Part shown: piece by piece, positions 17,279-24,887 of the stretch
Layout: each line of letters opens with the position of its first letter
How positions within the stretch are numbered: the stretch's first letter is position 1
Assembly (NCBI GenBank): GCA_964515985.1
Contig: CAZEWS010000005.1
Span: forward strand, 1-33,250
Length of the DNA: 33,250 nt
DNA from: an uncultured Rikenellaceae bacterium
GTDB taxonomy: Bacteria > Bacteroidota > Bacteroidia > Bacteroidales > VadinHA17
Direction of reading: 5' to 3'
Translations under genes and position numbers: made by a program
Notes under the pieces: model-generated
Database searches by the model: none
What the model was told of the DNA's origin: nothing
Seen by the model: the letters and a program-made list of their open reading frames with translations, nothing else

Positions 17279-18529
17279 ATGATAAATATGTTTACCACGG
17301 TATTTTATATCATTATTGCGATTTTAATTTTCGACTTCTTATTGGAAAGGCTCCTGAATTACCTGAATAGTACACGCTGGAGTAACGAATTGCCAAAAGA
17401 ATTGCATGGAATATACGATGTTGACCAATATAAGAAATCGCAGGACTATTATTTTGAAAATCAGAAACTGGGACTTATTACCAGTGTTTTGACATTCCTT
17501 ATACTCCTCTTGATGTTGTTTTTCGGAGGATTTTCAAAGGTGGATGGTTGGGCAAGGCTATTAAGCGGCAATTCAATTTTTATTGCCATGCTGTTTTTCG
17601 GGATACTTGGCTTTGCCATGGATATTCTTTCTACACCCTTTTCATTATACGATACATTTGTTATCGAAGAAAAATACGGATTCAATAAAACAACACTGAA
17701 AACCTTTTTCCTGGATAAAATAAAAGGCTGGTTTCTGGCTGCAATTATCGGAGGCGGGTTATTGGCATTGGTTGTCTGGTTTTATGAACAAACTACTAAT
17801 ATGTTTTGGATATATACATGGATACTGGTCAGTGTGTTCATGATCTTTATGACAATGTTTTACTCCACACTTATCGTTCCGATATTTAATAAACAAACAC
17901 CATTGGAAGAAGGAGGATTAAGGAATGCAATACAAGAATTATGCAAGAAAGTTGATTTTAAACTTGATAATTTATATGTAATTGACGGATCTAAACGGTC
18001 AACCAAGGCTAATGCATATTTCAGCGGGTTGGGTGCAAAAAAAAGAATTGTGCTTTTTGATACATTGATTGAAGACCTGACTCAAAATGAGATACTTGCC
18101 GTACTGGCTCATGAAATCGGGCATTATAAAAAGAAACACACAAGGACAGGCATTATTATTTCCATTTTGCAAACGGGCTTAACTCTGTTTATTCTTTCGC
18201 TTTTTATTGGAAATCCGAAACTATCCGGGGCACTGGGTTCCGGTATCCCAAGCTTTCACTTGGGATTAATAGCATTCGGCATTCTTTACAGCCCGATATC
18301 CACTATTATTGGTCTTGGTATGAATTTTTTTTCAAGGAAAAATGAATTTCAGGCCGATAATTTTGCTAAATTTAATTTCAGTGGAGAAGATCTGTCATCG
18401 GCTCTGAAGAAATTATCAGTTAAGAATTTAAGTAACCTTACCCCTCATCCGGCATTCGTTTTTTTTCATTATTCGCACCCGCCATTGCTGGAGCGATTGA
18501 AACGATTGAAGGAAAAAAATGTTGATTAA
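17279..18529 (+). CDS. M48-family (Ste24/HtpX-like) integral membrane zinc metalloprotease
   Basis: 416 aa. Multiple TM helices. HEIGHYKKKH HExxH motif. C-terminal HPPLLERL. Confidence 0.9.
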   Translation: MINMFTTVFYIIIAILIFDFLLERLLNYLNSTRWSNELPKELHGIYDVDQYKKSQDYYFENQKLGLITSVLTFLILLLMLFFGGFSKVDGWARLLSGNSIFIAMLFFGILGFAMDILSTPFSLYDTFVIEEKYGFNKTTLKTFFLDKIKGWFLAAIIGGGLLALVVWFYEQTTNMFWIYTWILVSVFMIFMTMFYSTLIVPIFNKQTPLEEGGLRNAIQELCKKVDFKLDNLYVIDGSKRSTKANAYFSGLGAKKRIVLFDTLIEDLTQNEILAVLAHEIGHYKKKHTRTGIIISILQTGLTLFILSLFIGNPKLSGALGSGIPSFHLGLIAFGILYSPISTIIGLGMNFFSRKNEFQADNFAKFNFSGEDLSSALKKLSVKNLSNLTPHPAFVFFHYSHPPLLERLKRLKEKNVD

Positions 18530-18558
18530 TTTTGTAAATAATACTGTATAAGTCCCTT

Positions 18559-18632
18559 GCCACTTTAGCTCAGATGGTCAGAGCGGTTGTTTCGTAAACA
18601 ACAGGTCACGGGTTCGATTCCCGTAGGTGGCT
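18559..18632 (+). tRNA. tRNA-Thr (anticodon CGT)
   Basis: Hand-folded cloverleaf: acceptor gccactt/aggtggc, D arm gctc..gagc, anticodon arm gttgt-ttCGTaa-acaac, T arm acggg-ttcgatt-cccgt. No encoded CCA. Coordinates +/-1. Confidence 0.85.
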
Positions 18633-18664
18633 CAAATTTAAATCGTTTTCCAAACTGATAAGTT

Positions 18665-18964
18665 TTGTTTTGGGTCTATATTTTATATTCTGTGTCAATT
18701 AACCAATTTTATAAAGGGCAGACCAATAATTTGGGGAACAGGGTATTACGACATAATAGTGAATTTGAAAAGGCGACAAAATCGGGTATTCCCTGGATTC
18801 TGGTTTGGTCAGCTTTAAAGAGTGATCGGTCTTCGGCTACGGTTCTTGAAAGGAAGTTAAAAAATCTTACACGGAACCGCTTAATTGATTTTATGAAAAA
18901 GTATTCTGAAGGCGTCGCCGGTCCTGACGAATTTCTCCTGTTGGAGAAATTGTCAGGATGCTGA
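18665..18964 (+). CDS. Small stand-alone GIY-YIG nuclease family protein (non-ATG start)
   Basis: 99 aa. WVYILYS..NQFYKGQTNNLGNRVLRHN matches the GIY-YIG core (YVYIL..YIGxT.dL..Rl..Hn). Lies between two tRNA genes. Confidence 0.8.
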   Translation: MFWVYILYSVSINQFYKGQTNNLGNRVLRHNSEFEKATKSGIPWILVWSALKSDRSSATVLERKLKNLTRNRLIDFMKKYSEGVAGPDEFLLLEKLSGC

Positions 18965-18980
18965 CCGTAAGCGTCAGCAT
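18958..18980 (+). other. 8-bp perfect hairpin (atgctgac-cgtaagc-gtcagcat) spanning the GIY-YIG stop codon
   Basis: Inverted repeat read directly. The TGA stop lies in the 5' arm. Confidence 0.6.
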
Positions 18981-19455
18981 TCAAGTCCGATGGGAGGCTC
19001 TAAGTAAAGGATGAGTGATGATTGTTGGATAGATGCCGGATATAAGGAAAGTGGCAGTAGCAGCCTGTCCGGCTACTGACGGATAGCAGGGATAAGTCTC
19101 CAGTCAACAGTCAACAGTCTCCAACTGAACTGAAAACTGAAAACTATAAACCAAAAACCATTTAATGTAGAGCCGAATTGTATTCGGCTAGAAAATAGAC
19201 CTTGCACCGTTTGAGAGGGGAATAACCTGCCAGCGTCTGACAACCATTTCACGAACAAAGTGAGTGAAATGTCTCACGAGCAGGTTTGAGCGAAGGACAG
19301 AGGGAGTGAGTAAACCTGGCAGTGTTTGAGAATGGGATAAGTCGCTAGCCTACCCTGTTAAATACGCTATGCCGTATTTTATAATTTAACAGGGTCTGCT
19401 CTATGCTTTCTTTTTTTTTAAATTGTCAATTTTCTTATTTTTGTCGTCTTATTTT

Positions 19456-19527
19456 GCGGGAGTAGCTCAGTGGTAGAGCATCAGCTTCCCAAGCTGAGGG
19501 TCGCGGGTTCGATCCCCGTTTCCCGCT
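19456..19527 (+). tRNA. tRNA-Gly (anticodon CCC)
   Basis: Acceptor gcgggag/ttcccgc, D arm gctc-agtggta-gagc, anticodon arm tcagc-ttCCCaa-gctga, T arm gcggg-ttcgatc-cccgt. Confidence 0.9.
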
Positions 19528-19531
19528 CAAA

Positions 19532-20782
19532 ATGAAAGCCGAAATAATCTCCATAGGCGACGAACTGCTTATTGGCCAGACCATCAACACCAATGCTGCC
19601 TGGATGGGGCAGGAGCTGAATAAAATAGGTGTTCACGTATATCAGATCACTTCCATTTCCGATACAAAAGAACATATTATCAAAGCATTGGATGAAGCCA
19701 AATGCAGAACTGATCTGATTCTGTTGACAGGTGGTCTGGGACCTACACGCGATGATATCACAAAGCATACCCTCGCAGCATACTTTAATTCGAAACTCAT
19801 TTTTAGCCAAGAAGTGTTTGAAAATATAAAAAGTTTCCTGTCAGGCCGATCCATTCCAATCAATGAATTTAATCGCAAACAGGCAGAAGTACCGGAGAAT
19901 GCGAGAATATTTCAAAACAAAAACGGTACAGCCCCGGGGTTGTGGTTTGAAACCGATGGCAGGATTATTGTCTCCATGCCCGGTGTGCCGCACGAAATGA
20001 AAGACTTAATGAAAGAACAAATACTCCCCGCAATTTCTGCCTTCTTCATAACACCGGTTATCCTTCATAAGACCATTCTGACATTTGGAACGTATGAAGC
20101 ACGACTGGCTGAGATACTCACAGATTTCGAACAATCCTTACCGGAAGCCTTTAGTCTCGCCTATTTACCGAAAGACGGAGTGATCAAATTACGTCTGACA
20201 GCAAAAGGAGCAAATAAAACAGCGTTAACAAAACGCATGGAACATACCACCGGCAAACTGTACCGGATTATCCCCGAATACATTTTTGGAACCGGTGAAG
20301 ATACACTGGAACAAATTATCGGGAGTCTCCTTAAAAACGAAAACAGCACCTTATCAACAGCCGAAAGCTGTACAGGTGGTCGTATAGCACATTTAATTAC
20401 ATCTGTCCAGGGAAGTTCAAATTATTACATAGGATCAATTATAGCCTATTCGAACAGGATTAAGGAAAAAATATTAAATGTGGATCCGTCATTGATCAAT
20501 AACCATGGCGCTGTAAGCAGGGAAGTTGTTGAAGCAATGGCACAGGGTGTACGCCAATATCTCAATACCGATTATGCCGTTGCCACTTCAGGAATTGCAG
20601 GACCGGATGGAGGAACAATAGAAAAACCAGTTGGAACGACCTGGATTGCAGCAACAAAGGATCAAAAAATCATTTCGAAAAAATTTCTTTTGGGTAACGA
20701 CAGAAACAGGAATATCAGAAGAGCTTCCCTCACAGCACTAAATATGCTCCGGAAACTAATCTTGAATGAGAAGATTAATTAA
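19532..20782 (+). CDS. cinA: CinA-family competence/damage-inducible protein (MoCF-binding domain + PncC-like NMN amidohydrolase domain)
   Basis: 416 aa. MKAEIISIGDELLIGQTINTNAAWM N-terminus. C-terminal TAESCTGG..SGIAGP motifs. Confidence 0.9.
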   Translation: MKAEIISIGDELLIGQTINTNAAWMGQELNKIGVHVYQITSISDTKEHIIKALDEAKCRTDLILLTGGLGPTRDDITKHTLAAYFNSKLIFSQEVFENIKSFLSGRSIPINEFNRKQAEVPENARIFQNKNGTAPGLWFETDGRIIVSMPGVPHEMKDLMKEQILPAISAFFITPVILHKTILTFGTYEARLAEILTDFEQSLPEAFSLAYLPKDGVIKLRLTAKGANKTALTKRMEHTTGKLYRIIPEYIFGTGEDTLEQIIGSLLKNENSTLSTAESCTGGRIAHLITSVQGSSNYYIGSIIAYSNRIKEKILNVDPSLINNHGAVSREVVEAMAQGVRQYLNTDYAVATSGIAGPDGGTIEKPVGTTWIAATKDQKIISKKFLLGNDRNRNIRRASLTALNMLRKLILNEKIN

Positions 20783-20937
20783 TCCAAGTTGCCACTTTCA
20801 TTAATAAGCGTTAAATGGAACACGGATGACACTGATTTTGCAGATATTCACAGATTAAAGCATATACTATCAGTGAAAAACAGTTTAATCCGCGTCATCT
20901 GTGTTCTATTCAATTAAGTGGCAACTTGAGTTAATTA
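20776..20937. repeat. About 160-bp nested palindromic element
   Basis: Outer arms are taattaatccaagttgccactt (20776-20797) and aagtggcaacttgagttaatta (20916-20937), 20/22 complementary. Inner arms are gaacacggatgac (20818-20830) and gtcatctgtgttc (20894-20906). The left arm overlaps the cinA stop codon. Confidence 0.75.
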
Positions 20938-21124
20938 GTTCCAGTTTGCAGGCTTCTTGTTGCTGAGGTAATTTATACATATTATGAGTTAATTGTTTAT
21001 CTGGAATCTTTTATAACGTTCCAATATTACTCGTTCCCTCAATCTACCACACGATCCACTTGTAAGGTTTGGCTTTACTAAATGTTCCATCTTTCCAATA
21101 TTCCCTTGTTACTCGCTCCCACAA

Positions 21125-21151
21125 GCCACAATCACAATCCCGCTCGTGAGG
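21125..21151. repeat. 27-nt exact dispersed repeat gccacaatcacaatcccgctcgtgagg (copy 1), followed by the hairpin cattctg..cagaatg
   Basis: Identical 27-mer at 24664-24690. The upstream flank tcgctccc is also shared. Confidence 0.85.
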
Positions 21152-21366
21152 CATTCTGTTCGCTTTGCTCTCAGAATGGTTCCAGTATTCCATTTTTTCC
21201 ATAATAACGTATAACTTTTAGCTTCTATCCACCAAAGTTAGATCAAGCTTTTTTCCTTCCATGAAATTCCATGTGTAATAAATTCTTCGATTTATTTGAT
21301 TAATTCAATAAAAATCACGTATTTTGCGCTCTGTTTTGAAAAAGTTGATTTTATTAATTAACAGAG

Positions 21367-21609
21367 ATGTCAAGAGTTTGTCAGGTTACAGGAAAAAGCG
21401 TAATGGTTGGGAATAATGTTTCCCACTCCAAAAGAAGAACGAAAAGAAAATTTTATCCCAATTTGTCTACCAAGAAATTTTTTTTGCCGGAAGAGGATCG
21501 TTGGATTACGCTTAAGGTTTCTGCTGCCGGAATAAGACTTATTAACAAAAAAGGTCTTAAAACCGTGTTAAAAGAGGCAAAAGAAAAGGGATTTATCAAG
21601 AACTATTAA
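21367..21609 (+). CDS. rpmB: 50S ribosomal protein L28
   Basis: 80 aa. [33 protein letters not shown]. Confidence 0.95.
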   Translation: MSRVCQVTGKSVMVGNNVSHSKRRTKRKFYPNLSTKKFFLPEEDRWITLKVSAAGIRLINKKGLKTVLKEAKEKGFIKNY

Positions 21610-21622
21610 TGATCTAAAAGCA

Positions 21623-21805
21623 ATGGCTAAGAAAGGCAACAGAATTCAGGTCATTTTAGAATGCACTGAACATAAGGAAAGTGGAAAGCCGGGTACATCA
21701 AGGTATATTACCACCAAAAATCGTCAAAATACACCTGACCGGCTGGAAATGAAAAAATATAATCCAATTTTGAAAAAATATACCCTGCACAGGGAAATAA
21801 AATAA
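21623..21805 (+). CDS. rpmG: 50S ribosomal protein L33
   Basis: 60 aa. [36 protein letters not shown]. Confidence 0.95.
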   Translation: MAKKGNRIQVILECTEHKESGKPGTSRYITTKNRQNTPDRLEMKKYNPILKKYTLHREIK

Positions 21806-21814
21806 TGGCCCATT

Positions 21815-21973
21815 ATGGCGAAGAAAGTTGTTGCAACACTGAAAACAGGTTCAGGTAAAGATTTTACCAAATGCATCAGGATGGTGAAATCAGAAAAAAC
21901 CGGGGCTTACCTTTTTAAGGAAGAAATGGTTCATAACTCCCATATCAAAGACTTTTTTGAAAAAAAATCCTGA
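21815..21973 (+). CDS. DUF4295-family small protein (52 aa, below the ORF-track cutoff)
   Basis: Hand translation: MAKKVVATLKTGSGKDFTKCIRMVKSEKTGAYLFKEEMVHNSHIKDFFEKKS*. It occupies the conserved position after rpmG in Bacteroidota and is followed by a terminator. Confidence 0.75.
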   Translation: MAKKVVATLKTGSGKDFTKCIRMVKSEKTGAYLFKEEMVHNSHIKDFFEKKS

Positions 21974-21997
21974 TAAGGATAAAAAATAACAGAGGAC

Positions 21998-22030
21998 AAA
22001 GCTTTCTTCTTTAAGAAGAGAGCTTTTTTA
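21998..22030 (+). terminator. Rho-independent terminator after the rpmB-rpmG-DUF4295 unit
   Basis: aaagctttcttc / gaagagagcttt stem (1 mismatch) followed by ttttta. Confidence 0.7.
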
Positions 22031-22068
22031 TATCCTGAATATAACATCAGCCCTATAATTTTTACCTC

Positions 22069-23022
22069 ATGACTCCTTTCGGTATCTTCTCAAAAGAAAC
22101 AAAAGAAAACCTTAATAAAGGTCTTGAAAAAACCAAAGAAAGCCTGCTGAAAAAACTTTCAAGGGCTGTGGTTGGTAAATCGAAGGTTGATGATGAAGTA
22201 TTGGATAACCTCGAAGAGGTATTAATTACCTCCGATGTTGGAGTGGACACCACTTTAAAAATCATTGAACGGATTGAAAACAGGGTTTCAAAAGACAAAT
22301 ACCTGAATACAAGTGAATTTAATAGACTTTTAAAAGATGAAATCGCCGGTTTGCTTGAAGAAAACCAAACAGGTGAAGAATTTGATTTTGCAGCCCCCCT
22401 TGAAAAAACCCCATTTGTTATTATGGTAGTGGGAGTGAACGGAGTTGGTAAAACAACCACCATTGCCAAACTGGCACACCAGTATAAAAAAGCAGGCAAG
22501 AAAGTCTTTCTTGGAGCTGCCGATACGTTCCGGGCCGCTGCGGTAGATCAACTTCAGATATGGGCAAACAGGGCAGGGGTAGAGCTAATAAAACAAACCA
22601 TGGGCTCCGATCCCGCCTCTGTTGCATATGACACCCTTAATTCAGCAAAATCGAAAAACATAGACGTAGTTATTGTAGATACAGCCGGCAGATTACACAA
22701 CAAGCAGTTCCTTATGAGGGAACTGACAAAAATCAAGATGGTGATGAAAAAAGTAATCCCCGATGCCCCTCATGAGGTTTTGCTGATACTCGATGGGTCG
22801 ACAGGACAAAATGCCTTTGAACAGGCTAAACAATTTACCGCAGCCACTGATGTAAACTCAATCGCCCTGACCAAACTCGACGGTACAGCCAAGGGCGGTG
22901 TGGTGATCGGTATATCAGACCAATTTAAAATACCGGTCAGGTATATTGGCATCGGAGAAAAACTTGACGATATTCAGGTGTTTAATAAAGCAGAATTTGT
23001 CGACTCCCTCTTTGCTATATAA
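22069..23022 (+). CDS. ftsY: Signal recognition particle receptor FtsY
   Basis: 317 aa. NG domain with GVNGVGKTTTIAKLA, DTAGR, TKLDGTAKGG. Confidence 0.95.
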   Translation: MTPFGIFSKETKENLNKGLEKTKESLLKKLSRAVVGKSKVDDEVLDNLEEVLITSDVGVDTTLKIIERIENRVSKDKYLNTSEFNRLLKDEIAGLLEENQTGEEFDFAAPLEKTPFVIMVVGVNGVGKTTTIAKLAHQYKKAGKKVFLGAADTFRAAAVDQLQIWANRAGVELIKQTMGSDPASVAYDTLNSAKSKNIDVVIVDTAGRLHNKQFLMRELTKIKMVMKKVIPDAPHEVLLILDGSTGQNAFEQAKQFTAATDVNSIALTKLDGTAKGGVVIGISDQFKIPVRYIGIGEKLDDIQVFNKAEFVDSLFAI

Positions 23023-23274
23023 TAGTTGGTCATACGATAGTTATACAATGGTCATACAATTATCACACGATTGTCATTATTAAGTAGTTTACCCCCGTGA
23101 AATTGCGAAGCAATATTTCACTGGGGTCATTAAGTAGTCATTAAAGAGAAGTAAATGACAACAAATGACGTATGCCGCAGGGCATACTAATGACAGCGAA
23201 CGAAGTGAGCAAATGACGCGAGCGTAGCGAGCTAATGACGTTCCATAACTCAACCCATAACATTCTTCATTTAG

Positions 23275-24582
23275 ATGACAAAACCAATAAACAAAATTAA
23301 TATCATTACCCTTGGTTGTGCTAAAAACATTGTTGATTCTGAGGTTTTAATGAAACAACTGGAAAGCAATCAGATAGAGATTGTACAGGATTCAGACAAG
23401 ACCGATGCCAAAACAGTAATTATAAATACATGCGGGTTTATTGAAGATGCCAAGGAAGAATCCATAGAAACGATCCTGCAATTTGTAAAAGCAAAAGAGG
23501 CAGATGAAATTGAAAGACTATTTGTTATTGGGTGCCTGTCAGAGCGTTACAAAAAGGAACTTGAATCGGAAATACCGGAAGTTGACCAGTATTTCGGAGT
23601 AAATGATCTTGCGAAAATTATCCGGTTTTTGGGAGCAGAATATAAGAAAAACCTCATTGGTGAACGGGTATTGATCACACCGAAACATTATGCTTATCTT
23701 AAAATTTCAGAAGGTTGTGACCGTAAATGCTCTTTCTGTTCCATTCCTGATATCAGGGGCAAACACATTTCCCGTCCAATAGAAGATATTGTAGAAGAAA
23801 CCAAAAAATTAGCCGAAAAGGGAGTAAAGGAAATTATTCTTATTGCCCAGGATCTTACTTACTATGGACTGGATCTGTACAAAGACCGGCGATTAGGAGA
23901 ATTAATCAGCCAAATCTCTGATATTAAAGGCATTGAATGGATCCGTTTGCATTATGCTTTCCCCACGAATTTCCCCCTGGATATCCTTCCACTTATCGGG
24001 GAAAAACCGAACATCTGCAAGTATATCGATATTCCCGTCCAACATATAACGGATAAAATGCTGAATATCATGAGGAGGGGAATCAGCAGCAAAGAAACGT
24101 ATCTCCTACTTGAGAAAATCCGTAAGGAAATCCCGGATGTTGCTCTCCGGACCACCATTATGGTAGGGCATCCGGGGGAATCAGAAAAAGACTTCAGGGC
24201 ATTGAAGCAATTTATCTCGGAAATACAATTCGACCGGCTTGGCGTGTTTACCTATTCCTATGAAGAAGATACATATAGCTACAACCATTACAAAGACAGT
24301 ATCCCTGAAAAGCTTAAGGAAAACCGGGAAAATGAAATACTGGAGATACAGGAAAGCATATCCATGCATTTGAATTATAATAAAATAGGAAAATTATTTA
24401 AAGTGATTGTTGATGGAAGGGAAGGTGATTATTTTACCGGACGTACTGAATATGATTCACCGGAGATCGATAATGAGGTGATCATCACAAACACGGATAA
24501 GGAAATAAAACCCGGAGAATTTTACCAGGTAAAGATTACTGACGCTGAAACATATGATCTTTTTGGGGAAGTATTGTGGTAA
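23275..24582 (+). CDS. rimO: Ribosomal protein S12 methylthiotransferase RimO (radical SAM)
   Basis: 435 aa. N-terminal ITLGCAKNIVDSE, radical-SAM CDRKCSFC, C-terminal TRAM domain. Confidence 0.9.
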   Translation: MTKPINKINIITLGCAKNIVDSEVLMKQLESNQIEIVQDSDKTDAKTVIINTCGFIEDAKEESIETILQFVKAKEADEIERLFVIGCLSERYKKELESEIPEVDQYFGVNDLAKIIRFLGAEYKKNLIGERVLITPKHYAYLKISEGCDRKCSFCSIPDIRGKHISRPIEDIVEETKKLAEKGVKEIILIAQDLTYYGLDLYKDRRLGELISQISDIKGIEWIRLHYAFPTNFPLDILPLIGEKPNICKYIDIPVQHITDKMLNIMRRGISSKETYLLLEKIRKEIPDVALRTTIMVGHPGESEKDFRALKQFISEIQFDRLGVFTYSYEEDTYSYNHYKDSIPEKLKENRENEILEIQESISMHLNYNKIGKLFKVIVDGREGDYFTGRTEYDSPEIDNEVIITNTDKEIKPGEFYQVKITDAETYDLFGEVLW

Positions 24583-24663
24583 AAGGAACGGTAGTAGTAG
24601 CACCAGTAATTCGGTAGTAATTAAGTAGTAATTAGCTCGTCGCTTAGTTAATCGCTCCCGCTG

Positions 24664-24690
24664 GCCACAATCACAATCCCGCTCGTGAGG
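24664..24690. repeat. 27-nt exact dispersed repeat (copy 2), followed by the hairpin tttggc-tacg-gccaaa
   Basis: Identical to 21125-21151. Confidence 0.85.
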
Positions 24691-24727
24691 TTTGGCTACG
24701 CCAAATGTTCGCTCCTCGCGTAATAAT

Positions 24728-24820
24728 AATGACGTGAAGGGTAGCGAACAAATCACAGCGCAACGAATGACCACTTAATGACGCGAGCGGTAGCGAGCAA
24801 ATCACAGCGAAGCGAATGCC
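24728..24820. repeat. Two tandem ~44-bp direct repeats (aatgacg(t/c)ga..gtagcga(a/g)caaatcacagcg.a.cgaatg.cc)
   Basis: Copy 1 is at about 24728-24772 and copy 2 at about 24777-24820, roughly 85% identical by eye. A related module aatgacgcgagcgtagcgagctaatgac is at about 23213-23240. Confidence 0.75.
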
Positions 24821-24887
24821 AGTAAATTGAAATACTGAACACGAAATTCCATCTCCTAAAAACACAGAACTCTGAACCCTGAACTTA

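Noticed and set aside
18664-18782. My hand translation of the printed sequence puts the first 38 codons of the GIY-YIG ORF 1 nt out of register with its remaining codons and with the track coordinates; considered as a frameshift
   Set aside because: Both track ORFs crossing this point, on both strands, are continuous. The discrepancy is therefore most likely my miscounting of homopolymer runs. I kept the track coordinates and flagged hand-derived coordinates as +/-1-2 nt.
18965-19010. Sequence ..gcattcaagtccgatgggaggctc.. after the GIY-YIG gene; considered as a tRNA 3' fragment (T-loop-like TTCAAGTCC), which would indicate an integration site
   Set aside because: I could not fold a proper T arm or acceptor stem. 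The resemblance is limited to about 9 nt.
19481-19810. 109-aa minus-strand ORF overlapping tRNA-Gly and the cinA 5' end
   Set aside because: It overlaps a well-folded tRNA and the conserved CinA N-terminus, so it is not credible.
22062-22952. Minus-strand ORFs inside ftsY (22062..22499 and others)
   Set aside because: They are antisense shadow ORFs within a confidently identified gene.
24728-24820. Tandem ~44-bp repeats; considered as a mini CRISPR array
   Set aside because: Only two imperfect copies are present, separated by about 5 nt. There are no unique spacers of CRISPR size and no cas genes. They belong to the dispersed intergenic repeat family.
24457-24865. Minus-strand ORFs 24457..24774 and 24671..24865 between rimO and clpC
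   Set aside because: They are composed of the repeat modules and overlap the rimO 3' end. Their composition (Cys/Arg/Leu-rich) is typical of translated repeats.
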